DNA of 64,000 nt from Candidatus Cloacimonadales bacterium (GCA_963674825.1 OY771587.1:1-64000); one strand, 5' to 3'; shown: positions 8,688-19,014, counted from the stretch's first letter. Notes: a model not told the origin generated them from the sequence alone. A program made the numbers and translations.

Positions 8688-11600
8688 TTATCGTGAAATC
8701 TCTTTCCTTGCCTTCGTTGAAGTCGAACGCACAGCCGATTCGGTGGAGGCGATAATGCGGTAGAACCTTCGCGTTGCAGATGGTTGCGGGCAAATCCAGC
8801 TGACTCTACCAGGTGAATACTCTGTCGAGATTGCACCATCGGAACTCACATCGCTGAATGTTCCGTCCGGTGAATCGGACGCCATCACGAGCCATGAATT
8901 TGCATACTGAACGGGGTCCCAGGACAGAACAAGGTCTTCCCCATCGAATGCAATGGTAATGTTGGCCGGTATCGCGATACCACCTGGCTCGGCGGTGAAA
9001 TTCCATACGTCCTTATCGCTAATTCCGTCGTATGGTATTTCGCCCCAACTCCAAATTGAATGGGATTCGATCAGCACATAATATGTTATTCCCGGTTCAA
9101 GTGTGTTTTGCGGGTCTACGTAAATTGAGAAACTATCATCGCTCACATTCAGTGAAGCAACCTCCATTTCTTCGAATAACGTATCGTCGTCGTAGCGGTA
9201 GATACTCAAAGAACCATCACTTGGCCATATCTGCATGTTGAACGTCAGCTCGAAGACTACACTGTCCTGCACTACCGATCCATCCGGAGGGGTTATGCCG
9301 GTAAGGTGGAGGTATTCGTTACTGCTGAGCTTATACAAACCATTGTAGACATAGTTGCTGTACGTGACGGTGTTGTCGGTAGAGTTGACGTTCGAAGGTA
9401 TTCCTGTATTCCAGTAGGTGTATCTGCGATATACCTGGCGCCAATTGACGTCAATGAGATCCATATGTGTTTCGTAATAGGGGTCAATCGGCTCAGCAGG
9501 CTGAAAGATAATATCGGTGTCGAAATCATCATCACTGAAAAGATGAATCGCCCAGAACTGAGCATCGAAGGAATTATCCCCATACACCGGATGATGCGGC
9601 ATTGTGGTAAACCGGGTCACGTAGGCATGGATATCCGAAGTCATCGATTGCACATCGAGCGATACGCCTGTCGAACCGATTGCATCAAGCCCTGTCTCGG
9701 TGATGGTGATCATGGATGGATCGATGTTCCCGACCTCGATTGTCGATTCGGCACGATCCGCGTCTCCGGTCGCGATTTCTCCGGATATCAAGTCGTTATA
9801 CTCTTCTCCCTCTTCGTTGAACTGAATATAGCTGATCAGGTTCTCGTCGGTTACATCCGCGATCCGGTGCATATACATGCGAACTTCGTCGGTTGTAAGT
9901 GCACGGTCCCATATCTTGATTTCATCCACTTTGCCATCGAAGAACTCGTTGGATGGCGGACATTGCTTTCCAACCCGGAACTCTCCGCCTTGCGGATTTC
10001 CAATAGCCGAGCCCCGTGACGCTTTCAGGAATCCATCGATGTAAACCTTCGTGTCGTCAGTGCTCTTGACAATCGTGTAATAGTGCCATCCGCTATCCAG
10101 AGGGAATTCCACACCCGTATTGTTCCAACCATCACCGCAACGTACATTTCCGTCATTGCTTACGCCCAGATAGAACTTAGTGCCATCTCCAGCCATCTGT
10201 GAGACGATCTCACGGAAACCCGTCTGATCTTCATCCGCAAGCGCCCACAGTGAAAGAGAGAAATCACCACTCGGCGGGATCAAGCCGTCTTCGAACATGA
10301 TATTCTGCGAGATACCGTCAAACTGCACACAAGTACCCGACTCGATGCTGACATCCATCGTCGTGAACGACCATTCTCCGCATACGTTGATACCAGGGAA
10401 AGCGTTGCCGAAGAAAGTAAATGCGTCTGGATCTACCAGGGCATAGTATTCCGTATTCAATTCAAGTGATGTCGCAGGTGCAAATGTTGCAGTCTCATCA
10501 TCAATCGTGGCATCAGAAGCCTGTATCTCGCTGATAAGGTTATCGCTCATGTCATAGATACGGATAAAGCCGGATCCAGCAACCACTTCTTTATCGAACG
10601 TGAGTGTCATTTCTGTCCGAACGCTGGTGCCATATGTATCATTCGCAGGAGCCATGGCAAGCAGTGTTGGTATTGTCGTATCCTTGCCGATAACGAACTG
10701 CCCCGTCTCGGTTATGCTCTCGAACAGAAATTCCATCTCAGTTGACAGACTTGTCGCATTACAGGCATATTCCCACTCATAGATGGAGTTTGATGCCCGG
10801 TTACAGAGCTTGAAATAGCTCGAATCGTCCATACCAACTTCCTGATTGGGTGTTAGTTCCAGCGAGATTGTGCTGGTAGCGCTGTCGAAGTTCTGGAAAA
10901 TCCAGTAACAACTGGAAAGGGTTGACTCGATGACAGGCAGAATGTTTGGCGCAGAATCGAGCCTGGACAACATGATTGTCGTGGGCAAATCGGATTCGTT
11001 TACGTGGACGACATCATCCAGCATCGGGTATTCGCCAGTTTCATTGATTGTCAGGATTTCTGAAGCCCCATCGGCAATCGGTGCACTGGTGATGACATGC
11101 GAACAATCCTCGACACTACCGCTGGCATGACCAGTCCAGTCGTAACACGTGTTGCCGGATTCTTCATCGAATTTCCAATATGAAACCAGATCTGCATTCG
11201 TCTCCGTGATCGGATGATGCATGTTCAAGCGAATTTCTTCGAGCGTTCGTGCGCTCTGCCATATCCGGACATCATCGATGAAACCATTCCAAGAGCGATC
11301 AAGTATTTCACAATTAGCACCGATGATCACGGGAAAGTCATTCACTGGAATCGTTCCTGCACATGTTCCAGCCACATCCAGCACGCCATCAACATAGAGG
11401 CGAAGTTGCGTACCATCTTTTACCGCGGCAATGTGATGCCACTGGTTATCGTTGATGTTAACCGTACCGATAATGTTGTTCGTGCTTCCATTCCCGGCAG
11501 CAAACTGGAGCGTATTGCTTGTCGAATAACGTTGCAGACGCCAGCTTGTATCGCCCTTGGTCACGATACCATTATACATATTGTTCAGGCCATCTGCTTT

Positions 11601-13250
11601 TATCCATGCCTCGATAGTTAGATTTCCACTGGTGAAATCGAAGAGAGACTCGTTATTGACAACAATGTAGTCGTTATCTCCATAGAAATGGATGCAATTT
11701 CCAGCAAGTGAAACACTTCCAGTCGCGGTAAAGTTCCAGGTCGTTTCGTCATCAATTCCCATCACAGGCATGTTCTGGTCGTCTGTAAGAGCTCCATGAT
11801 CAAGCTTCATCGAGTAATAGCCGCCTTCCTCGAGCGGATTGGCTGGCGTGAATGTAATGGTTGCACCTGAAACCATCGAGTCATCCAGCGGAATTGTCTC
11901 CACCAGCGCACCTTGGCGATAGAGGTAAGCGTTACCACTTACCGCCGATATCTGACACGTGCTACCACCACTGTAATCGTGCGCAATGGTAACCGATAAC
12001 TCGGGCGTTAACCCTGTGACATCTTCGTCCGATGGTTCGATGACGCTGATATCCGATTTCTCCTGCGGTACGATACCATATACCAAACGATTACGTGTAT
12101 TGTACGATGGATCCCAATACTGATCCACATCGAAGCTGAAGGTTGATGTACGAGTACTGACATCATACTCGGATGCTGTGTCCCAGTTTTGCCAGAAGCT
12201 ATCGTAAGTATCAGGAACGAAATAGAGGTTCAATTTCTCCGGAAACACCGCAAAATACTCACCGAGTTGCACATTCGTCTGGAAGGATATCTGATCGACT
12301 GACCAGGAGGCGACCCCGCCGTCACGATAGTCGTACAGGTAGTACACAAAGTCATCGGTATAATCAAGGATTGAATCTGGCTTAAGTGTCTTGTGTACAT
12401 AAACATCGTGAAGGCCAAACTCTGTGGGAATGTGAAGCGAAACGCCATTATCGAAGGTATAACTTCCGTTGGACTGGATTATGATATGATCGACAGTGGT
12501 CAATCCCGTGGGAGAATTGCCATTCACGAACGTCGCACCATTGCATATGCTACCCTGAATCGTGTCGCTGCTTCCACGATGTCCTTCCAGAACTGTAGCA
12601 GATTGCGAATTGAACTGGATGTATGTGTAAAGATCCGGCTCATTGCAAGGCAATGTAGCATGCATTTTCTGGCGTATTTGTTCCTTTGTAAGCTCAACAT
12701 TCCAAACTTTGAGCTCGTCTATCTGCCCAGAAAAATATTCTTCGTAAACCGCCCACCAGGAGAAGCTGTATTGCTTTCCAATCCAGGATGTGTTCATTAA
12801 TGGATTCCGGATCGTTCCGCCCTTTAGACTCGCAAACTTGCCGTCGATATACAGATAGGTTTCACTTGCGCCTTTTACGACGGTGAAATTGTGCCACTTG
12901 TTGTCATCCGGCCATGGCACGCCGGTATCCTGCCAGTCATCACCGACACGAACGTTACCGCTCGAACCGCGACCAAGATAGAAGTGTGCCCCAAACGGAT
13001 TCCAGAAGTACATGGACCAGCTATTCTGCTGAGCAAGAACTTCAAACACCTGATCGGCATCCTCATCGGTTCTCACCCACACTGACAGCGTAAACACACC
13101 TGAAGAAGGAACAAGGTACTCATCCGGAAGATTTACATACTGGTTCTGACTGCCGTCGAACTCCATGGCATCACCGTTGTAGTTGTACCAGTATAAGCCA
13201 AACACCAGATTCGGCAGCAAACACAAAAGAAGAAATAGAATGCTTCGCAT
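8688..13250 (-). CDS. 1520-aa secreted surface protein: three (LamG/ConA-like + SbsA-type Ig) units and a C-terminal beta domain
   Basis: Signal peptide; three LamG motifs (WHH/WHN...LY.DG...G.IDE/DD.W); three Ig-like units (..P..L.....YY......W.FT); C-terminal LSWDPV...RRFYRIIA. Confidence 0.82.
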   Translation of the reverse strand: MRSILFLLLCLLPNLVFGLYWYNYNGDAMEFDGSQNQYVNLPDEYLVPSSGVFTLSVWVRTDEDADQVFEVLAQQNSWSMYFWNPFGAHFYLGRGSSGNVRVGDDWQDTGVPWPDDNKWHNFTVVKGASETYLYIDGKFASLKGGTIRNPLMNTSWIGKQYSFSWWAVYEEYFSGQIDELKVWNVELTKEQIRQKMHATLPCNEPDLYTYIQFNSQSATVLEGHRGSSDTIQGSICNGATFVNGNSPTGLTTVDHIIIQSNGSYTFDNGVSLHIPTEFGLHDVYVHKTLKPDSILDYTDDFVYYLYDYRDGGVASWSVDQISFQTNVQLGEYFAVFPEKLNLYFVPDTYDSFWQNWDTASEYDVSTRTSTFSFDVDQYWDPSYNTRNRLVYGIVPQEKSDISVIEPSDEDVTGLTPELSVTIAHDYSGGSTCQISAVSGNAYLYRQGALVETIPLDDSMVSGATITFTPANPLEEGGYYSMKLDHGALTDDQNMPVMGIDDETTWNFTATGSVSLAGNCIHFYGDNDYIVVNNESLFDFTSGNLTIEAWIKADGLNNMYNGIVTKGDTSWRLQRYSTSNTLQFAAGNGSTNNIIGTVNINDNQWHHIAAVKDGTQLRLYVDGVLDVAGTCAGTIPVNDFPVIIGANCEILDRSWNGFIDDVRIWQSARTLEEIRLNMHHPITETNADLVSYWKFDEESGNTCYDWTGHASGSVEDCSHVITSAPIADGASEILTINETGEYPMLDDVVHVNESDLPTTIMLSRLDSAPNILPVIESTLSSCYWIFQNFDSATSTISLELTPNQEVGMDDSSYFKLCNRASNSIYEWEYACNATSLSTEMEFLFESITETGQFVIGKDTTIPTLLAMAPANDTYGTSVRTEMTLTFDKEVVAGSGFIRIYDMSDNLISEIQASDATIDDETATFAPATSLELNTEYYALVDPDAFTFFGNAFPGINVCGEWSFTTMDVSIESGTCVQFDGISQNIMFEDGLIPPSGDFSLSLWALADEDQTGFREIVSQMAGDGTKFYLGVSNDGNVRCGDGWNNTGVEFPLDSGWHYYTIVKSTDDTKVYIDGFLKASRGSAIGNPQGGEFRVGKQCPPSNEFFDGKVDEIKIWDRALTTDEVRMYMHRIADVTDENLISYIQFNEEGEEYNDLISGEIATGDADRAESTIEVGNIDPSMITITETGLDAIGSTGVSLDVQSMTSDIHAYVTRFTTMPHHPVYGDNSFDAQFWAIHLFSDDDFDTDIIFQPAEPIDPYYETHMDLIDVNWRQVYRRYTYWNTGIPSNVNSTDNTVTYSNYVYNGLYKLSSNEYLHLTGITPPDGSVVQDSVVFELTFNMQIWPSDGSLSIYRYDDDTLFEEMEVASLNVSDDSFSIYVDPQNTLEPGITYYVLIESHSIWSWGEIPYDGISDKDVWNFTAEPGGIAIPANITIAFDGEDLVLSWDPVQYANSWLVMASDSPDGTFSDVSSDGAISTEYSPGRVSWICPQPSATRRFYRIIASTESAVRSTSTKARKEISR

Positions 13251-13260
13251 AAGTTACTCC

Positions 13261-13566
13261 TTATTTATCAATTAAATCCATGATTTGTTTCATTACCTGT
13301 TTTTCTGACAATATGCCCAGGCGATCAGATGCGATTGGGGTTGATCCGGTATTATCGATTACGAGGAAATGCGTATCAGGATAGCTGTCGGTAAGACTTA
13401 CGATGAAATCATTCAGATCAGCAGACCGGAAGATAGCAAGTGCGATCCTGTTTCTGCTTAAAATGCGTGAGATGTCGTGCTCCGATACCGCCAGATAGAT
13501 ACTGATATCGCGGTACGATTCGCTGAGATCGCGCTCGAGAAAGAAGTTGTATACAAGAATATTCAT
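13261..13566 (-). CDS. Small hypothetical protein, possibly a degenerate receiver-like fold
   Basis: AGGAG RBS before ATG 13566; MNILVY...IALAIF...YPDTHFLVI alternation resembles a CheY-like fold without acidic pocket; ends 10 nt before the LamG gene. Confidence 0.55.
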   Translation of the reverse strand: MNILVYNFFLERDLSESYRDISIYLAVSEHDISRILSRNRIALAIFRSADLNDFIVSLTDSYPDTHFLVIDNTGSTPIASDRLGILSEKQVMKQIMDLIDK

Positions 13567-13588
13567 ACTGGCTCCTATATGCAATAAT

Positions 13589-13605
13589 TGCATTAGTAGT
13601 GCCAG
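13589..13605 (-). promoter_or_regulatory. sigma54 (-24/-12) promoter
   Basis: Minus strand CTGGCAC-TACTA-ATGCA, exact GG-N10-GC spacing, about 22 nt upstream of the ATG at 13566. Confidence 0.72.
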
Positions 13606-13688
13606 CAGTGTATTTGCTTGATATTTAAGGGCTTATCTTTTCAGTATGTATTATACGGATGATATTAAATCAATCTCAATCAGTAAAA

Positions 13689-13749
13689 TGTCGATTTCGT
13701 CACGCAAATCACATTATTGCGGGAATATGCATGACGATTTCGTCACGCA
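13689..13749. promoter_or_regulatory. Two palindromic upstream activator (enhancer) sites
   Basis: TGTCGAttTCGTCAcgca (13689-13706) and TGACGAttTCGTCAcgca (13732-13749), 43 bp apart, 85-145 bp upstream of the -24 box. Confidence 0.65.
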
Positions 13750-16113
13750 TCAGCGGTCGCGCTTGATCTCATACTTGATCATGCGACGCTCCAGCGATTT
13801 CGGTGTGATCCCTAACAGCTTGGCTGCGTTACGCTGATGAAAGCCTGTCTGCTTCAACGCTCTGAGCACCATATCCCGCTCGAGAATATCAAGCGGTGTG
13901 ACGGAATCGTCACGTACAGTCACTTCCGGTATGGTAAAGCAGGAAAGCTTGAGCGTAGATGAATTGGAGAGGATTACCGCGCGTTCGATCATGTTCTTGA
14001 GCTCTCTGACATTCCCCGGAAAAGAGTAGCTCATCAGGGCCGTTTCCACCTGCTTTTCGATCTTGACGATCTTCTTTTTGAGATGATTGCCGAAATGCTT
14101 CACGAAGTATTCGAGCAGCGCGGGAATGTCTTCCACTCGTTCTCTCAGTGGTGGGATATTAATCACGAAAGATGATAGACGGTAGTAAAGATCGGCGCGG
14201 AACCGGTTTTCATCGATCATTTCCTGGAGACTGTCGTTGGTAGCGCTTATGAGGCGGAAATCAACCGGGATCTCACGCTCGCTTCCCACCGGAATGATCT
14301 TCTTGCTCTCCAGAACGCGCAGAAATTTCGATTGTAGCTGGGGTTGCCAGGTTCCCACTTCGTCCAGGAACAACGTTCCTTCATTTGCGATTTCAAACCA
14401 CCCGGCTTTATCGTCTTTCGCTCCGGTGAAGGCATTCTTTTTGTAGCCGAAGAATTCGCTTTCAAAGAGGGTTTCGGGAATACTTGAGACATTGACAGCG
14501 CAAAAATTTTCCCCCTTGCGTTCGCTGCAATTGTGGATCGCACGGGCAACGAGCTCCTTGCCGGTACCGGTTTCGCCCGTGATCAGTACCGATGTCGATG
14601 GCGCTTGAGCTACGCGCTGCACGAGCTCAAGAATACGCTTCATCTGTGAGCTTTCGCCGATAATGGTCAGACCGAGCCTCTCCTTGATCTCATGGTTCAG
14701 AAAGTCGTAGCTGATCTCCGATTTACGTAGCTGGTTCAGCGTCTTCTCCAGCTTGACCTTCTGTGCGGAAATCTCCTGATTCTTCTTCTCGAGCTCAATT
14801 GCTTTATCGCGGTAGATCTCGGCTTCTTTTTCCTTTTGCTCGACCTCAAAAGCCGCCTGCATCTCCGCAATCTTCTGATTATAATCGTTCCTGGACTGCT
14901 CTCGAAGCGCTTCGATCTGCTTCTTCTGGTATTCCACTACTTTATTTACATCGCCTTTTGCAGTATAGAGTTCGGAGAAAGTCTTATATATCTCGGGATT
15001 TTCGTTCTCACCCTGGTTTTCCATCGCCATGTTCAGGGCTGCTTCCGCTTTGTCGCAATCCTTCAAAATTAAAAAGATAGCAGCCCTACTATGGTAAACA
15101 TTCCTCAGGTAATGCTGCTGCGCACTATCGGTAAAATACTCCTCCGCCCTATCCAGATATGCGAGAGCCGTTACGTAGTCTTTTTCTTCAACATACACAT
15201 CACTGATGTCGAGGTAATTCTTGGCTGCAACGCTCCTGAAGCCGGCTTTCTCGCTCATTACAATCGAGCGTTTGAACCACTCTTTCGCCTTGTCGATTTG
15301 CATCTGACGCATATAGAGTAGGCCGATATTGTTCGTAGTGGATGCCTGGGAAAAGCTCTCTTCCTTGGTCGGTTCCGCCGATAGTGATTTCTGGTAATAT
15401 TCGAGCGCTTTATCAAAATTGCGTTTATCGGAGTAGATATTGGCGATGTTGTTGTAGATATGGGCCTCGAGACTTCTATAATCCATCTGCTCGCCAGTCT
15501 GGAGAGCAAGCCTGTAATACTCGATCGCTCGATCGTATTTATTCAGATTGTAGAAGATTGAAGCGAGATTGTTATATGCGAAGATGAGGCTCGTGCTTCC
15601 GAGTCGCTCACCGATTTCCACACCTCTGCGAGTAATCTCCATGGCCTGAGTATAGTGTCCCAAGTGCAAGTGCTCAACACCGATATCGGTCAATACATGC
15701 CCAAGGTATTCTTCTTTGCCCAGACAATCGAGCATTTCAGCCGCTACCAGGTGATAGCGCATAGCGAGTTGATACTCGCGTGCCATCTGATATTCGGCTC
15801 CCAAATGAAGATACAGCATAGCGATCAGGAAATCATCGCCTTTATTCTCAAGCTCGTTAAGCACAAGCTGGAAATGCTTTTCCACGCCTTCGTCACGCTC
15901 ATGATAGAAATGATTCAGCATGATCAGAATGTAGTAATCGATCCGGGACTGCCGACTGAGAGAGATCGATTCGATTGGGTGATCCTCAATGAATTGCGTG
16001 ACAGCTTCCGGATTTTCTTCGATCTGATGCAGGCATTCTTCGAATAGAGCTTTTATCCGTTGTAGCTCAGGTACGTCTTTTATCTTCTCTTGAATGGATT
16101 CAAGCAGCTTCAT
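13750..16113 (-). CDS. TPR-repeat sigma54-dependent transcriptional activator (bEBP) with Fis-type HTH
   Basis: TPR array (YNNLASIF, YNNIANIY, NNIGLLY), coiled coil, GETGTGKE, ESEFFGY.KNAFTGA, LFLDEV, FRADLYYRL, PGNVREL, AAKLLGI. Confidence 0.92.
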   Translation of the reverse strand: MKLLESIQEKIKDVPELQRIKALFEECLHQIEENPEAVTQFIEDHPIESISLSRQSRIDYYILIMLNHFYHERDEGVEKHFQLVLNELENKGDDFLIAMLYLHLGAEYQMAREYQLAMRYHLVAAEMLDCLGKEEYLGHVLTDIGVEHLHLGHYTQAMEITRRGVEIGERLGSTSLIFAYNNLASIFYNLNKYDRAIEYYRLALQTGEQMDYRSLEAHIYNNIANIYSDKRNFDKALEYYQKSLSAEPTKEESFSQASTTNNIGLLYMRQMQIDKAKEWFKRSIVMSEKAGFRSVAAKNYLDISDVYVEEKDYVTALAYLDRAEEYFTDSAQQHYLRNVYHSRAAIFLILKDCDKAEAALNMAMENQGENENPEIYKTFSELYTAKGDVNKVVEYQKKQIEALREQSRNDYNQKIAEMQAAFEVEQKEKEAEIYRDKAIELEKKNQEISAQKVKLEKTLNQLRKSEISYDFLNHEIKERLGLTIIGESSQMKRILELVQRVAQAPSTSVLITGETGTGKELVARAIHNCSERKGENFCAVNVSSIPETLFESEFFGYKKNAFTGAKDDKAGWFEIANEGTLFLDEVGTWQPQLQSKFLRVLESKKIIPVGSEREIPVDFRLISATNDSLQEMIDENRFRADLYYRLSSFVINIPPLRERVEDIPALLEYFVKHFGNHLKKKIVKIEKQVETALMSYSFPGNVRELKNMIERAVILSNSSTLKLSCFTIPEVTVRDDSVTPLDILERDMVLRALKQTGFHQRNAAKLLGITPKSLERRMIKYEIKRDR

Positions 16114-16337
16114 GTTTCCTCATTTTACCCTTTTCGCGAACATGACGAATCTGCCCGTACAATGTCAATGAAGAATTTTTTTCTGCACGCTTTACGAACT
16201 ATATGCAATTGGCAAACGGAGGCTTACCCGGAGCTCGAGCGCTACTTTCTCCACAAAGCAGCGTGGACGTCTATAACAAAAAAAGGCTCGCCTGAAATCG
16301 ACCCTTGATGCAAGTCCTGTCCCTTGTCTCCTGGAGA

Positions 16338-18941
16338 TTATTTCATCATCATCATCTTTTTTACGCCAACCGGCTTGCCATCCACCTTCATGCGATAGAA
16401 ATAGATGCTGGAAGATACGATATTGCCAGCGTCATCATCACCCTGCCAGGTGACATCGTGACCACCCGACTTAAGCAGATCGTCGGTAAGCAGCTTCACG
16501 CGCTGTCCACGTACGTTGAACACCTCGATGACCACATGGCTATCCTGCGCCAGGCTGAAACCGATGCGTGTCACGGGATTGAAAGGATTCGGCGAATTGC
16601 CGAGGAGCATATTCGAATATTCCGAGATTCCGCCTTCATTCGTTGCGCCACCAAAGTAGAACCAGAACGGTGCAGCTTCTCCGGTTGTATAAACAGCAAA
16701 GATGCCGTACGTATAATCACCGGGAGATAAGTTCATATCCCAGTACTCTGTCTCTGTCTGAAGTTCAACAAGCGTCTGGCCGTTTCTCGTGATCTTGTAG
16801 CCCAATAATGAGCGGTCACCTGGAGCAGGTACCTGCTTTCGCTCTTTTACGGCGTTGCGTGTTAATGAGACCGTGCTTTCTTCCGTGATGAACTCGATGC
16901 AATCCAGCTTGATCCAGTACATATTGACACAGTCGCAGTGATTGAACGCGACATGGCAAGTCGAACCGGAATATTCGCTGAGATCGAGCACAACCTGGTG
17001 CCATCCAGCGTCTTCAAGTGTTTCTTCAAACAGCAACTCGGTAAAATCCTCCGGGGCAATACCCGTAGTCGAGAGGCGAACAGCATAATGATCCCAGACC
17101 CAGTCCGGATCCTGTCCGGCAAGCCAGAAGCTGAACTGTGTATTACCGTTGATCTCGAGGGGTGGAGTAATCAGCCAGTTATCCGGATACAATGGACCGA
17201 TTTCGTTGATATACGATGCCGACCCGATTGCATGCTCGCCCTCATAGACTTCCCAGTCTTCGGGAATAATCTCCCACGTGTAGCCATCTTCGTCTTCATC
17301 GAGTACAATCCAGTCTTCAGGAACAACGCCTTCCTCGAAATCTTCGTAGTAGAATAGATCAGGTGGATCATTGGGCGGATACCAGCACATGAACAAATCA
17401 TTCCCATCGACATAACCTTCTCCAATTGTCACCGGCAGCAGCGTCTCGGTCAGTTCAACATAGTATTCCTCACCCTGGAGATCTTCAATGAGTACATTCT
17501 CCTGAAAATAGTCGTCAAAACCATCGAGCGACACGGATAGTGTGTATATTCCAAGCCAGACCGGATAGAAGAACGCAATCCCATCTTCGTTTGTAAAGGC
17601 TTCATAGACATGGTTTTCGTCGCCATCGATGTTTTCAAGATTCACATAGGCTCCCGCCGCGCTTTCGCCTGAATTCGTGGAAACATGCACTTCATAAACA
17701 GGACAATAGATACGAGGCATCACATTCGAGAAGATTGTGCCGGTCGTATTGCCGTCTTCGGATTGATATGCCGCCGCCCATTGGTGTTCACCCCACTCCG
17801 CATCATCCCATGTTTCATCAACAAACGTCGTATCGGGATAAGTATAATCCCCTTCACCGAGGTAAATCCACTGAGAGGGATCGTCTGCATCATCTTCATA
17901 GAAACGGTAGAACGTGATGTGGTAAGTTGAATCAGGGCGGTCGAGTCTGGTCGTAGCTACTTCCGGCATCTGGAATCCACCAAAATAGACCGGAGCTTCC
18001 GAGATCATCTCACGGGCGACATCGCTACGTTCAGACTGTCTGGCATCGTATTCGATTTCTCCATAGTTCAAGCCTTCAGCCCGAATCGCGAAATTGAGTG
18101 GATAACCGTATTCATCTGGATCATGCCAATCGTTCGAACTGGCAGCGTTTGTCACCCACTGTGTACCGGAAATGTATTCATACGGATCGCCCGAACCGTC
18201 GTCAGTACCCAAACCGAGGAAACCTACCGGATAGTTCAAGCAGATGAAGAATCCATTGGGTGCAGAAATCGTCTCGTCCAGCTCCAGCGTGTTCCATTCG
18301 AGGTCTGTGTTTCCAATACTTGTAGCTGAGAACAGCTCATCATTTGTATCTGGCAAGCCTGAGCCGTCCAGGCCGTAAATATACAGATCGACCGCGTTAT
18401 GCGGGCCGCCTTCGTCAGTCAAGTACCACTTGACCGAATAGATTTCAGCATAGCAGAAATGAGCTGCGCCAAGGCGCACATCTTCGCCTCCACCTGCATA
18501 TCCAAGCTGTCCAGTGATAATGCCGTCGTCGTAACGGAACTCGGTCATATCACCATTCCCGATCGACCAATTCAGCGTCACAGACTGATAATCAGAGCTT
18601 TCTGTCGCGACCAGTTGAATCGGCTGAGGCGGTATATAGGTTATAACAATGTCGCCTAAATCGATGTTGTAATATTCAACGAACACTTCACTGTTGTATT
18701 CTTCATAACCGGAGGTACGGATACGGATTTCGTATGTCTGATTTTCGGTCACCCACTCGAAGTAGAAATAGCCATCTGCATCTGTATATTCAGTAAAGCT
18801 ATTATAACCCGTCAGATCAACGCGCGCACCCTCGATTCCGACATCCAAGTTATCGCTTCCCAAGCACCTTCCGCATACCGTCGTAGCCATCAGGCCAGTT
18901 GCCACAAAGACTATCAGCAAAAAAATACTCATTCGTTTCAT
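16338..18941 (-). CDS. Secreted multidomain surface protein (carboxypeptidase-regulatory-like, cleaved-adhesin-like, Fn3-like, FlgD-Ig CTD)
   Basis: Signal peptide; EDFEEG...W...D.DEDGYTW...PDNWLITP...HYAVRLSTTG; SPNPFNPVT...KKMMMMK. Confidence 0.8.
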   Translation of the reverse strand: MKRMSIFLLIVFVATGLMATTVCGRCLGSDNLDVGIEGARVDLTGYNSFTEYTDADGYFYFEWVTENQTYEIRIRTSGYEEYNSEVFVEYYNIDLGDIVITYIPPQPIQLVATESSDYQSVTLNWSIGNGDMTEFRYDDGIITGQLGYAGGGEDVRLGAAHFCYAEIYSVKWYLTDEGGPHNAVDLYIYGLDGSGLPDTNDELFSATSIGNTDLEWNTLELDETISAPNGFFICLNYPVGFLGLGTDDGSGDPYEYISGTQWVTNAASSNDWHDPDEYGYPLNFAIRAEGLNYGEIEYDARQSERSDVAREMISEAPVYFGGFQMPEVATTRLDRPDSTYHITFYRFYEDDADDPSQWIYLGEGDYTYPDTTFVDETWDDAEWGEHQWAAAYQSEDGNTTGTIFSNVMPRIYCPVYEVHVSTNSGESAAGAYVNLENIDGDENHVYEAFTNEDGIAFFYPVWLGIYTLSVSLDGFDDYFQENVLIEDLQGEEYYVELTETLLPVTIGEGYVDGNDLFMCWYPPNDPPDLFYYEDFEEGVVPEDWIVLDEDEDGYTWEIIPEDWEVYEGEHAIGSASYINEIGPLYPDNWLITPPLEINGNTQFSFWLAGQDPDWVWDHYAVRLSTTGIAPEDFTELLFEETLEDAGWHQVVLDLSEYSGSTCHVAFNHCDCVNMYWIKLDCIEFITEESTVSLTRNAVKERKQVPAPGDRSLLGYKITRNGQTLVELQTETEYWDMNLSPGDYTYGIFAVYTTGEAAPFWFYFGGATNEGGISEYSNMLLGNSPNPFNPVTRIGFSLAQDSHVVIEVFNVRGQRVKLLTDDLLKSGGHDVTWQGDDDAGNIVSSSIYFYRMKVDGKPVGVKKMMMMK

Positions 18942-19014
18942 ACCTGTCTCCTGATCAATCTGTTTTGATTGAAGTTACTCGTTCATTATATCTCAGATTG
19001 AGAACAAATGCGAA

